Shown: piece after piece, positions 1-11,353 of the stretch
Layout of the letters: each line of letters begins with the position of its first letter
How positions within the stretch are numbered: the stretch's first letter is position 1
Assembly (NCBI RefSeq): GCF_001194135.2
Contig: NC_068987.1
Span: 41,939,390 to 41,979,787 of the forward strand
DNA: 40,398 bases
Reading direction: 5' to 3'
Source of the DNA: Octopus bimaculoides
Lineage: Eukaryota
Notes under the pieces: generated by a model
The model's input: only the letters and a program-made list of their open reading frames with translations
Database searches by the model: none
Told to the model about the DNA's origin: nothing
Made by a program: the position numbers and the translations under genes

Positions 1-739
1 AGTCTAAGGAAGCAGATAAGTCTCAGGTGACTCCAAGCTCGGCTGATGTCGCTAAAGTTATCAGACAGTACAAGGCCGGAGATCCTGTGTATGCACTATA
101 CTATGGACCTCGCCGAGACAAAGATCCCCGATGGGTACCAGCAATCATTAAGAAGTCATTGGGTACTCGCTGCTTTAACGTGAAGGTCATACCTCATGGC
201 CCGATGTGGAGACGACACTGGGAACAGCTGCGACCGCGGTACACAACTGAGGAAGACAATGAACCTGGTGATGCAGAAAACGCTGTATTTCAATTTGTAA
301 CAGATCACCCGATGGAGATCTCGGAAACTGTGCCACTAATTCAATGACAAACCAGACCCAAGATCATGTTACCCGTTCCAGTGTATGGACCAGACAACCC
401 AAGACTGTCCAAGAGAACCCGTAAAACCTGAGACTTTGCTGTTGATACTTCTTGTGTAGCATCAATTTCAGTGGGGAGGTGTTATATGGACTGTTGGATA
501 TGTTATACGTCTGACGTTCCGTGTGTCACTGTGGTTCGTCTGAGTTCATTGTTTCATTGTTGTTGTCTTGTGTGACTGTCGTAGTATAATGTCATTAATA
601 GATATGGCGGACATGATTCTTGTTTATTTACAATGAACATTGGGTGAGTGCGTTCTTTGTATGTAATTGAATAATAAATGTAATAATTAAATTGTACAAC
701 TCGTATTTTCTCTGCGAGTCTCCCGAGTGGAATACAACA
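1..739 (+). mobile_element. 3' end of a Ty3/Gypsy-type LTR retrotransposon: integrase C-terminal remnant, polypurine tract and 3' LTR
   Basis: ORF 27-347 (YKAGDPVYALYYGPRRDKDPRWVPAIIKKSLGTRCFNVKV...WRRHWEQLRPRY) resembles the C-terminal tail of Gypsy (K02A2.6-like) integrases. A purine tract agtggggagg ends at 479, directly before an LTR starting TGTT at 480. Confidence 0.8.
480..739 (+). repeat. 3' LTR (260 bp, TGTT...AACA)
   Basis: Starts TGTTATATGG and ends AATACAACA. Contains AATAAA at 673-678. Near-identical to 1358-1621. Confidence 0.85.
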
Positions 740-951
740 AAGACGGAATTAAAAAACTGTATAAATAGAACGGTAAAATGAAACTGCAAGCTTTGTGGGG
801 CTCGTAAGCCATTTCATTCTTTTCATTTTAATAATTCATATTTTCATTTGTTAAATGTACCCCACGTTTTGTACTACATTGTCCGTCCTTGTAATGTCCC
901 CTTCTATGTCGTGGCCGTAGTGCCAATAATAAAGAGAAAAGGTCATGCTAC

Positions 952-994
952 TCCAGACTGATGACGAGCAAAGACTCAGAAACATGTCTTTGGA
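952..994 (+). ncRNA. Candidate minimal type I hammerhead ribozyme (Penelope-like element type), one stem II mismatch
   Basis: Stem I TCCAGA (952-957) pairs with TTTGGA (989-994). Core CTGATGA at 958-964. Stem II GAG/CTC with a C965.A978 mismatch. GAAA at 979-982, palindromic ACATGT stem III, GTC cleavage triplet at 986-988. Confidence 0.55.
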
Positions 995-1357
995 TGCAGG
1001 CTTAGCTGGGTGGAGGTACTTGTCTCCCCCTTGTAAACATAAGGATACAGGAAATGTGTTAAGGCCGACAGGAAGCAGTACAGCTTCCTAGGTCTAACCA
1101 ACAATAGTATTATTCCCTTCAGGGGACTGTCACATTAAGTTGACAGCATACAACTACTTCATTGTATCACTACTGCATAAATCTCTCTGAGAGATTTAGA
1201 AATGTATTATTTCTAAACAACAAGGAAGATCACACAATTACTATGACAAAACAGTGAGCATGACAATGACCACCATACAACCACCGGTACAACACTAACC
1301 AATCACTGATACCCATAATATCCACATAGACGTTATAATAAAATGCCCAGCTATAAC

Positions 1358-1621
1358 TGTTATATGGACTGTTAGATATGTAATACGTCTGACGTTCCAT
1401 GTGTCAGTGTGGTTCGTCTGAGTTCATTGTTTCATTGTTGTTGTCTTGTGTGACTGTCGTAGTAAAATGTCATTGATATATATGGCGGACATGACTTGTG
1501 TTTATTCATAACGAACATTGGGTGAGTGCGTTATTTGTATGTAATTGAATAATAAATGTAATAATTAAATTTGTATAACTCGTTGTGTTATCTCTGCGAG
1601 TCTTCCGAGGGAAATACAACA
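1358..1621 (+). mobile_element. Solo LTR of the same family, with 5-bp target site duplication ATAAC
   Basis: TGTT...AACA termini. ATAAC at 1353-1357 and 1622-1626. Aligns end to end with 480-739. Confidence 0.9.
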
Positions 1622-1739
1622 ATAACTTACCTGGGTTTTATAAAAGCCATTAAAAAACAGAAGCTGTTTTATTTTTCTTCTACAATAGTTGTAGGAAATA
1701 TCAATCAATGACTAATTAAAGCAAAACTCTGTATTTTAG

Positions 1740-1869
1740 ACGAACGACGAACCAGTGAAGAAAAAGCCCAAAGTTAATCCACAAGTCTTCTTTGACATCC
1801 GGATTGGTACCAAGAATATTGGTCGGATAGTGATGGAGCTCCGAGCTGATGTTGTTCCCAAAACTGCAG
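1740..1869 (+). CDS. PPIE: Cyclophilin E (Cyp33) internal exon, [43 protein letters not shown]; upstream RRM exons are outside the window
   Basis: AG at 1738-39, GT at 1870-71, phase 0 to 1. The EPxxKKxxxNPQV linker before the PPIase domain matches PPIE rather than cyclophilin A (recalled human EPIAKKARSNPQV). Confidence 0.85.
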
Positions 1870-2809
1870 GTAACACATCTCTATCTTCGTTCATCATTGA
1901 TGTTGTTACGTATAATTTTCTATATTTGCATGGGTCAGATGGAATTTTTTGAGGCAGATTTTCTATGGCCAATGCTCTTCTTGTCACTGACCCACATAGG
2001 TAATATTTCTCCTCATCATATGGATACACAAACAACACGATGGCCAGAGTTGTTTCATGGAAGATTGCAAATGAACAATAATATTTGTATGATGGTGATG
2101 TTTACACATACATATATGTATGCAACTTGCTTTGGTGGGGCTGAACCAAAATCCACATGGTTGGGGAGGAAACGTTTCACTTTCTCCCTGTTTTTTTTTT
2201 TATACTTTTTCCCAATCTTTGGGAATAAGCTTCATTTCTAACTGAGAAGTCACAAGTTCTAGTCACTGAGGTCACTTAATTGTCTAATGGAAACAGTCAG
2301 TGGGATTTGGGTTAACAGGCTTCATAGGTTGGTCATGTGAAGATATAGGTGAGGGCTGGTGACAGGAAGAGCATCCAGCTGTATACACTCTACCTCAGTA
2401 AATTCCATCCAATCTATGCAAGCATGGAGAAGTGGCTGTTAAAACATGTGCCTTGTATTGAGTGCCATATTTATAAATATATAAAGCTATATGATGAATA
2501 TCCTTGTTCATCACTTTTTCCAATCCTTAGTTTGTATTTTCTCTTGTACTCACTTTCTTTTACCTTAAGTGTATGCTGATATGTCATCATCATTATCTTC
2601 TTTCCAGCTACTTCCACCCTTATATAATGCAGGGTAATCATGTACTCCCTCTATAGCAAGACAGCTGTGCTTCTCTGTTTGTCATACTTTAGCCTGTCAT
2701 GACCTGGCATAAATCTACCTCCCTCACTACGGTACCCTCACTCAGGCCAAGGGGGCTTTTTCTTTGTCTTACTCATTACTTGTTGATCTCATTAGTGTTG
2801 GTATTTTGA

Positions 2810-2966
2810 AAAATGCACCCATTCCACTCTGTAAAGTGGTTGGCATTAGGAAGAGCATCCAGTTGTAGAAATCAGGCCAAAACAAACATTGGAGCTCTGG
2901 GTTGTTGGATCCTGTCAGACTGTTTGATACTGCCAGCATGGAAGATGAACATTAAAAAATGATGAT
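2810..2966 (+). mobile_element. Short copy of the RTE 3' tail (SINE-like or truncated LINE)
   Basis: gtggttggcattaggaagagcatccagttgtagaaa...gccagcatgga...taaaaaatgatga, the same motif as the LINE tails at 10300-10446 and 36220-36373. Boundaries approximate. Confidence 0.65.
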
Positions 2967-3137
2967 AAGCGTTATGAATATAAATATATGAAAATAAAAT
3001 CAGTTCAATCCGCTATCTTTCTTACAGAATTTTGAATTTATGATATATAGCAGGATTGTATTTTATCATGTTCTTAGAAGCCATGTTACATCAGAGCTTC
3101 CTAGTGTCTCTCCCTTCTCCCTCTCTTTAACACTAAT

Positions 3138-3873
3138 TATTATTATTCATTTATCTAATTTTGTCACAGTTTGGCTGACTGAATACTATTGGTTATAGCT
3201 ATAGTTAAGAATGCAAATGTCTAGCTCTATCTCATTATTATTGTTATTCTTTCACACCGGCAGCCAGAGCGTTTGCTGTTTTGCAGTGTTATTCACCTAG
3301 TGGTTTTTTTACGATGGCAAGTTAAATTCAATCATTCAGTTATGTTACTCTAAATCCCCAAAATTCCATCTCCTTGTGTCCTAACTCTGGACTCTCTCTC
3401 TCTCCCCTCTCTCAGTTCTGTTAACCACTTGCTTCTTCCAATACGATGACATTATTCCCCCCCCCCCCACATATAAATTAGCTCTATTCAGATTTCCCTA
3501 CCTCATATTTTAATATCTTGTCACATGAAGTAGAAGTCAAAGATTTTCAGATAAGTAACTTTGTTTCCAACCTAGCACACATCTAAAAACCTCTTTTTAT
3601 AGTGCAAATTATAATTACTTTATCATTTCATTATCTATTTATGTACCCACAGTTTCGTCTTCCATGCTGAAAACTTAATATCTCTAAGTTCAATCATTTT
3701 CTCCCTATCTTTCACGCTCGTTTATTATTGTTATTTATTCATTTATATAATTTTCTCACAGTTTGGCTGACCAAATACTGTTGGTTATAGCTAGAGTTAA
3801 GAATGCAAATGTCCAATTCTATCTCGTTATTATTATTATACTTTCACACTGGCAGCCAGAATGTTTGCTGTTT
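3138..3873 (+). repeat. Two direct copies of a ~145-bp unit (about 3138-3282 and 3723-3873)
   Basis: Both read ...cacagtttggctgac...ggttatagcta.agttaagaatgcaaatgtc...ttcacac.ggcagccaga..gtttgctgttt. Confidence 0.85.
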
Positions 3874-4139
3874 CATGGAGCACCTGCCATCCCACTCCCA
3901 CCACCTAAAGCAGAAGTCTTTATCCTCTGACCTCTATCAAATGTCTTCCCTTGAACACCTCCAATGGCTTAACTGCTCCCCCATCTCTACTTAGTGTTTA
4001 TCTCCTATGAAATGTAGTGATTATGTAGGGCATAAAATGATAGTGTAGTGTTTGCAGGTTGAAGGCTATTGTATGTTTATGAGTTCTGCCAAATAAAAGC
4101 TTTCTTTTCGTATACATGATGCTGCTGTCCCCCATCCCA

Positions 4140-6823
4140 GGATCTCATGGGCCCACACCTTCCACACCCTCAGAGTTGGCACACTTAATGGTGGCATATT
4201 GAAAGGTAGGTCTGGTGAGATTGTTGAGATGCTTGAATGGAGATGTGTAGATTTGTGTTGCATCCAAGAAGTAAGGTGGAGAGGAAGTTCTGTTAGGTTC
4301 CTCACAGGCAAAGAACTTAGGTATAAGATTTTCTGGACAGAGAACATTGATGGGGTTGGGGGGCATGGGTATACTTCTTGCGAAGAAATAAGTTGGTAAG
4401 GTAATTGAAGTAGTCAGGGTCTATGATAGAATACATAAGCTTAGATTAGTGCTGTAACATGGATTAGCAACCATTATCTTGGCTTATGACACTCAGCCAG
4501 GGCTACCTGATGAACAGAAAGGCTAATTTTATGACACCCACTTGCAGACAGGGACCTTCTCTTTGTGGCTGGTGACTTCAATAGGCATGTTGGACAACAT
4601 GCAGGGAGTTTCCATGATGTACATAGTGGCTATGGATTTGGTTCCCGCAGTGAGGAAGGAACCAGGCTGCTGGAGTTCTACGATGCAAATGATCTTATGG
4701 TCTGTAATACTAAATTCAGGAAACCTGCCAGTCACCTGTTCACCTACCAGTCTGGTGGACACACTAGTCAGTTTGACCACATTCTCACCAGGAAACGGGA
4801 AAGATGGCAACTTATAAATGCCAAAACCTTCCCAGGTGAAGAATGCACCCTGCAACATAGATTAGTAGTTAGCGACTTCAGGATCAGGGCTAAATAGATG
4901 CCCAGAAGACAACCAGCATGGAAGAGAAGGGTCTGGAAGCTTAAGGATCCTCTGAATGGACAGAGATTTATAGACGTATTACTTGAAGCTTTTGATGCAA
5001 AAGAGGAGGATATAGCATTACATGATGTGGAAGACAACTGGATGTTCCTACAGGACAACCTGTTGAGGGCCACTGACCAGATCTCTGGATGGTGCAAAGT
5101 CCCCTCTCAACCTAAGGTAACATGGTAGTGAAACAGTGTAGTTGACAGGGCCATTAGGGAAAGAAACAGGCATGGAAGGACTGGAAGAACAGTGGTATCA
5201 GGGAACTGTATCAGATCGTCAGAAGGGAAGCTAGGAGACAGGTTTACTTAGCCAGAGGGGAAGGAGATAGGAAAAATTTGCTGATGTTCTACGTCGTGAG
5301 GACCAAAGACTTGAAGTGTTTCATGTTGCAAGACACTGTGTGAGAGAGAATTGTTCTGTTATAGGAGAGAAATGTGTCCACATGGATGATGGCTCACTTG
5401 TATTTAATGAGGCTGCAAAGAGAGAGACTTGGAGACTCTACTATGAAAGGTTGCTAAATGAAGAGAATGAATGGAAGAGAGTCTGTCAAATGTCGACCCA
5501 ACAAAGGGACCAGCTATCCAAATGACAGTACCTTGGTAAATAAAGCAATTAAGGGTATGAAGACAGAGAAAGCCCCCAGCCCATCAGAAATCACCTCAGA
5601 GATGCTTGAAATATCTGGCATTGTAGGCTATAGTCTAGTCAGCTGTATAGTCAATCAGGTGATACATGAAGGAGTCATCCCCAGTGACTGGTGTAGCAGC
5701 ACCATAGTCAACTGCTACAAAGGTAAAGGTGATGCATTAGATACGAATAATTACAGAGGTATCAAGCTGTTGGATCAGGTAATGAAAGTCACAGAGAGGG
5801 TCATAGCCCAACTAATTAGGGAAAGAGAGTCAGTTTTGATGAGATGCAGTTTGGGTTCGTGCCAGGGAAAAGCACCACTGATGCTATATTTCTGGTAAAA
5901 CAGCTGCAGGAGAAATACATAGCCAAAAATAAAACTCTGTACCTGGCTTTTGTTGACATGGAGAAAGCCTTTGACAGGGTCCCCCGATCCCTTATCTGGT
6001 GGTCAATGAGGAATCTAGGGATAGATGAATGGTTAGTGAGAGCTGTGTGAGCCATGTACAGGGATGCCCTCAGTAAGGTGAGGGTTGCCAATGAGTACAG
6101 TGAAGAATTCTGGGTAGCGGGACGGCTGCACCAAGGTTCAGTCCTCAGCCCCCTCCTATTTATCATAGTCCTCCTAGCAATAACACAGGAATTCAAGACA
6201 GGATGCCCCTGGGAGCTCCTCTATGCTGATGACCTTGCACTAATTGCGGAGTCACTATCAGAACTAGAGGAGAAGTTTCAGGTGTGGAAGCAAGGACTAG
6301 AATCAAAGTGCCTTAGAGTTAACCTAGCTAAAACCAGTCCTAATAAGTAGGAAGTTAGACAAACCACAAACCCATTCAGGTAGATGGCCCTGCTTGATCT
6401 GTAGAAAAGGCATAGGTAGAAACTCGATAAGATGTACCCAGTGTAAGCTATGGACACATAAGAGTTGCAGCAATATCAAAGGAAGGCTAACCAGGAAGAT
6501 AGTTTTTGTATGTGGCAGATGCTCAGGAGCAATAGACACTGAAAATGTGCAGAAAACAACTTCTGCCACATTCCAGTGAGAAAAACTAGAAGTAGTTGAT
6601 AGCTTCCATTACCTAGGTGACCAAGTCAGTAGCGGGGGAGGGTGCGCTGAATGTGTAGCTTCTGGAATAAGAATAGCCTGGGCAAAGTTCAGAGAGCTCT
6701 TACCTCTGCTGGTGTCAAAGGGCCTCTCACTCAGAGTAAAAGGCAGACTGTATGATGCATGTGTACGAACAGCCATGCTACATGGCAGTGAAACATGGGC
6801 CATGACTGCTGAGGACATGCTTA
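4140..6823 (+). mobile_element. Degraded RTE-clade LINE, 5' part: AP endonuclease and reverse transcriptase, with many stops and frameshifts
   Basis: APE motifs in ORF fragments (LCCIQEVRWRG, AGDFN, DHIL). RT motifs QFGFVPGKST, FVDMEKAFDRV, LHQGSVLSPLLF and LYADD (about 6220). 5' boundary uncertain. Confidence 0.92.
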
Positions 6824-6873
6824 TAGGAAAGTTGGTTATACATCATTAGATGTATACCTGACTTTCCTATATA

Positions 6874-7104
6874 NNNNNNNNNNNNNNNNNNNNNNNNNNN
6901 NNNNNNNNNNNNNNNNNNNNNNNNNNNNNNNNNNNNNNNNNNNNNNNNNNNNNNNNNNNNNNNNNNNNNNNNNNNNNNNNNNNNNNNNNNNNNNNNNNNN
7001 NNNNNNNNNNNNNNNNNNNNNNNNNNNNNNNNNNNNNNNNNNNNNNNNNNNNNNNNNNNNNNNNNNNNNNNNNNNNNNNNNNNNNNNNNNNNNNNNNNNN
7101 NNNN
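6874..7104. other. Assembly gap (N run)
   Basis: Run of n. ORFs crossing it are artefacts. Confidence 0.98.
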
Positions 7105-8366
7105 AAACACACACAAAGAAAAATGAAAGAAATGAAATGTACACTCGTGTGATACATGCATGCAATGTACAAATGAAAGAAAACATGCAATATGGGCAGT
7201 AAATGCCACCTAGTAAAAACAAATGAGACAATGAGAAAACAAATCGTGATGACTACTGTCCAGGAACTGGAATCACGGAATGTGAAAGTCTGAGCGTTTG
7301 TTTTTACTGAAAGGAAAGAAAATGTATGAGTGCACAAGTGTGTGTGTGAGAAAAAACACAGAACATAGTAAAAGTGTCTGTAGAGAAAAAAATCCAGTTC
7401 GTACAAGAGTTACACAAGTTGATTTTGAATGTCCGTGCTCAGGAAGTTGTGGTCAAGGAGCAGAGCTATAGTTGAGCATCAGAATGCTAGTTGTGACCGG
7501 TTACCCGGTACGGAATATTCAATGAAAGTTACACAAGGAAAATTTGGTCTGTTGATCGTGAGTGGAAAACATCCACTCTAACAGAGTCGACAAAACCGAG
7601 TGTGTTGATATGGTGTGTCCCTGGTGGTTGGGTTGTTGGCGCACGACATTGTGGTAGACAGTACATTGATGGTGAAGACGTCGGCGCAGGAACTGTAATA
7701 TAGCTGTGTTCTGTATGTGTGGTGGTAATGATGTTGACAGTGGTAATGGGTCAGTTGAAACTTGGCGACGTCGGGGGGAATGCTTGTAGTTGGTAGTAGT
7801 AATTGTTGTCGTCACAGTGGTAATCTTGGTTGAATGAAGCTGGTGGTGAAAAGGTTGTTCGTTCATTGTTGTTTGTAGAGGTGCGCTTTTTACAGACGAT
7901 CGACAGACAAATCTCTGTACGACCATTAGCGAAAACCTCGAAGAAAAATTTTCTTAACCCAAGATGAAAAAAAACGACCATGCAAACTTAAAAGAAAAAG
8001 GAGAAATGGTGACGAATGGAAAAACAGAGGACTCCTTTTATTTAAACGTGTCACACGGTCGAACACCAAAATATATATCAAAGATGATATACAAGTAATT
8101 ATGTTATACTACGGTAACATAGATTTTGTAAATACCAGTAATGAGACGATAGAAAAGACAACCGTATGAAATGAATAACAAGAGTTATTGTGTGGCATAA
8201 AAGATGTATGTGTATGTGAGAGTGTGAATGCAACATATAAAAACATAATAAAAAAACAGGCCGTCTATATGTATGTGAGATATCACAGCAGAAAGAAAGT
8301 CAGAACACGTGAGAGTTTTATACCAAGTTTTTTTTTTGAGTACACAATTGGAAAGTCGCAGGCTGT

Positions 8367-9038
8367 NNNNNNNNNNNNNNNNNNNNNNNNNNNNNNNNNN
8401 NNNNNNNNNNNNNNNNNNNNNNNNNNNNNNNNNNNNNNNNNNNNNNNNNNNNNNNNNNNNNNNNNNNNNNNNNNNNNNNNNNNNNNNNNNNNNNNNNNNN
8501 NNNNNNNNNNNNNNNNNNNNNNNNNNNNNNNNNNNNNNNNNNNNNNNNNNNNNNNNNNNNNNNNNNNNNNNNNNNNNNNNNNNNNNNNNNNNNNNNNNNN
8601 NNNNNNNNNNNNNNNNNNNNNNNNNNNNNNNNNNNNNNNNNNNNNNNNNNNNNNNNNNNNNNNNNNNNNNNNNNNNNNNNNNNNNNNNNNNNNNNNNNNN
8701 NNNNNNNNNNNNNNNNNNNNNNNNNNNNNNNNNNNNNNNNNNNNNNNNNNNNNNNNNNNNNNNNNNNNNNNNNNNNNNNNNNNNNNNNNNNNNNNNNNNN
8801 NNNNNNNNNNNNNNNNNNNNNNNNNNNNNNNNNNNNNNNNNNNNNNNNNNNNNNNNNNNNNNNNNNNNNNNNNNNNNNNNNNNNNNNNNNNNNNNNNNNN
8901 NNNNNNNNNNNNNNNNNNNNNNNNNNNNNNNNNNNNNNNNNNNNNNNNNNNNNNNNNNNNNNNNNNNNNNNNNNNNNNNNNNNNNNNNNNNNNNNNNNNN
9001 NNNNNNNNNNNNNNNNNNNNNNNNNNNNNNNNNNNNNN
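8367..9038. other. Assembly gap (N run)
   Basis: Run of n. Confidence 0.98.
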
Positions 9039-9425
9039 TACATCATTAGATGTATACCTGACTTTCCTATATAAAATTAAGAATATAAACGGAACACTGA
9101 ACTCCGGACTATCAACTTATACAACATTTATTCAGGTGGTAAATATATACATCTTAGCTCTTGTTGTTACAGCTTCTATGTGTGTGAGCATAGTTGTTAG
9201 GACGTTGTTATGTAGATGTGAGCGAGCTGTCGAGTGTAAGTCCGAAAGATGGAGAGTGACAGCTATACACGTAAAGAGACTGTCTGCAGGTTGGAATGTC
9301 AGAGACACTGCTTGACATGTCCATGCTCTATTGCTGGCCAGCAAGAAAGAGAGAGAATTAAGCGGGAAAGCTTGCTTGTTTAATTCCACGCATGCGTGAG
9401 ACTATGCATGCGCACGGCGTTACTA

Positions 9426-10446
9426 CATGCTTAAGGTTGCAAGAAATGAAGCCAGTATGCTCTGATGTATGTGTAATGTCAGTGTGCATACTCGACAGAG
9501 TGTAAGTACCTTGAGAGAAAAGTTGGACCTAAGAAGCATCAGTTGTGGAGTACAAGAGAGACGATTGCGCTGATATGGTCATGTGGCGAGAATGGATGAG
9601 GATAGTTGTGTGATAAGTGCCACACCCTAGCGGTTGAGGGTACCTGTGGAAGAGGTAGACCCAGGAAGACCTAGGATGAGGTGGTGAAGCACGACCTCCG
9701 AACATTAGACCTCACCAAAGCAATGACTAGTGACCAAGACCTTTGGAAATATGCTGTGCCTGAGAAGATCCGGCAAGCCAAGTGAGACCATAATCTGTGG
9801 CCTCTGCCAGGGGTGTAGCCAGCCTACTTATTCGTACCTTTACTTCATTGGACTCTAAACTCTGCTTGCGAAGACCTGTTGACGCAAGTGAAATTGAAAT
9901 TGAATCAAATTTGACGACTCCCATGCTAACCTTTCCTTCATTGGACACTAAACTCTGCTTGCGAAAACCTGTTGGGGCAAGTGAAATCGAAATCGTAATT
10001 GAACCAAATTTGATGACTGGCACCTGTGCCAGTGGAGTGCTAACAGCACCGTCTGAGCGTGATCATTGCCAGAGCAGCTGTCTGGTTTCTGTGCCGGTGG
10101 CATGTAAATAGCACCATTTGAGTGTGATCGTTACCAGCGTTGCCCTACTGGCACGTGAAAAAACATTCGAGCGAGGTCATTGCCAGTGCCACTGGACTGG
10201 CTCCTGTGCAGGCAGCATGTAAAAAACGCCATTTTGAGTGTGGCCATTGCCAGTACCTGACTGGCCCCCGTGCTGGTGGTACGTAAAAGCACCCACTACA
10301 CTCTTGGAGTGGTTGGCATTAGGAAGGGCATCCAACTTTGCGAGATCAGATTGGAGCCTGGTGCTGCCATCTGGTTCTCCAATCCTCAGTCAAATTGTCT
10401 AACCTATGCTAGCATGGAAAGCGGACGTTAAACGATGATGATGATA
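9426..10446 (+). mobile_element. RTE LINE, 3' part: ORF end, 3' UTR with ~95-bp subrepeats, GAT-repeat tail
   Basis: Continues the pre-insertion sequence (gcaagaaatgaagccagtatg...ggaagaggtagacccagg). Ends ggaaagcggacgttaaacgatgatgatgat. Collinear with 35245-36373. Confidence 0.88.

Positions 10447-10448
<2 letters not shown>

Positions 10449-10514
<66 letters not shown>
10449..10514. repeat. (TA)n microsatellite at the LINE tail
   Basis: Pure TA run. Confidence 0.97.
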
Positions 10515-10518
<4 letters not shown>

Positions 10519-11179
10519 TGATGGTGGTGAAAGGTCTGAAAGTATTGGACAGTAAACGATGATGATGAGGATGACTGACCTGTGAAGCCTGTTTACCCAA
10601 ATTCCATTGTCTGTTTTCATTAGACCACTATTTCAGCGATTTTCAGAGTGAAGTGAAGCTGTTTAAACTCTTTTACTTTTTGCATTCATGTTGAATGAAT
10701 GAAATATTAGAGAGTGATGGTGGTTGATTTATTGAACAAATGATTGTGGATTTATCTTAGGTTTACACAGTTACATAAAGACAGGATTTATATCAAAAGA
10801 GTTAAGTAAATGAAGGATGTATTTCAGAACAGAAACAAAATAGAAAATTTGTTGTTTAGTCTGATGGTCAGGCATCTCTAATCAAGACATGTCTCCATAA
10901 TCAAAGTTGTCCCAATCATGGCTATCCCATCTTTTTCTTTAAGTTTCGTCTATACAGTACTACATTAACAAATGTGATCTTTTTTCTTCTTAAACAGAAA
11001 GGTGTGAAATGAAGGCTATTTGGCTGTTGTTTATAGCACTTTAATCAATTTTGGAATAGCTCTCTTCTGTTGCTAGAAGCGATGTTAGGCATGTTTCTGA
11101 ATTATGAAATTTGGGGAAAATAGCAGTGACAAAAATTGTGTGCTTGAGAAAACGTGTCAAGTTGAGTGAAATTGTAGTC

Positions 11180-11353
11180 ATGACACATAAAAGGCACCTA
11201 CTACACTCTATGGAGTGGTTGGCGTTAGGAAGGGCATCCAGCTGTAGAAACCAACCAAACAGACTGGGGCCTTGTGCAGCTTTCTGAGTTACCAGTTCTA
11301 CTCAAACCATCTAACCCATGCTAACATGGAAAACAGATGCTAAATGATGATGA
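11180..11353 (+). mobile_element. RTE-tail SINE-like copy
   Basis: ctactacactctatggagtggttggcgttaggaagggcatccagctgtagaaa...taaatgatgatgat. Confidence 0.7.

Larger units (their letters stand above)
6824..9425. mobile_element. Unclassified insertion splitting the RTE LINE; TAG...CTA ends, 8-bp TSD CATGCTTA; contains two N gaps
   Basis: CATGCTTA at 6816-6823 and 9426-9433 (9 bp with the preceding A). The LINE resumes in register at 9426. The second RTE copy has a single corresponding site (acatgtgta, 35306-35314). Confidence 0.7.

Noticed and set aside
6778-9315. Long ORFs (143-375 aa) spanning N runs; likewise 19806-20494 and 33445-33925
   Set aside because: They are open only because N codons and microsatellites contain no stops.
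9797-10111. ORF with internal repeats (TKLCLRKPV...)
   Set aside because: Translation of LINE 3' UTR subrepeats, not a gene.
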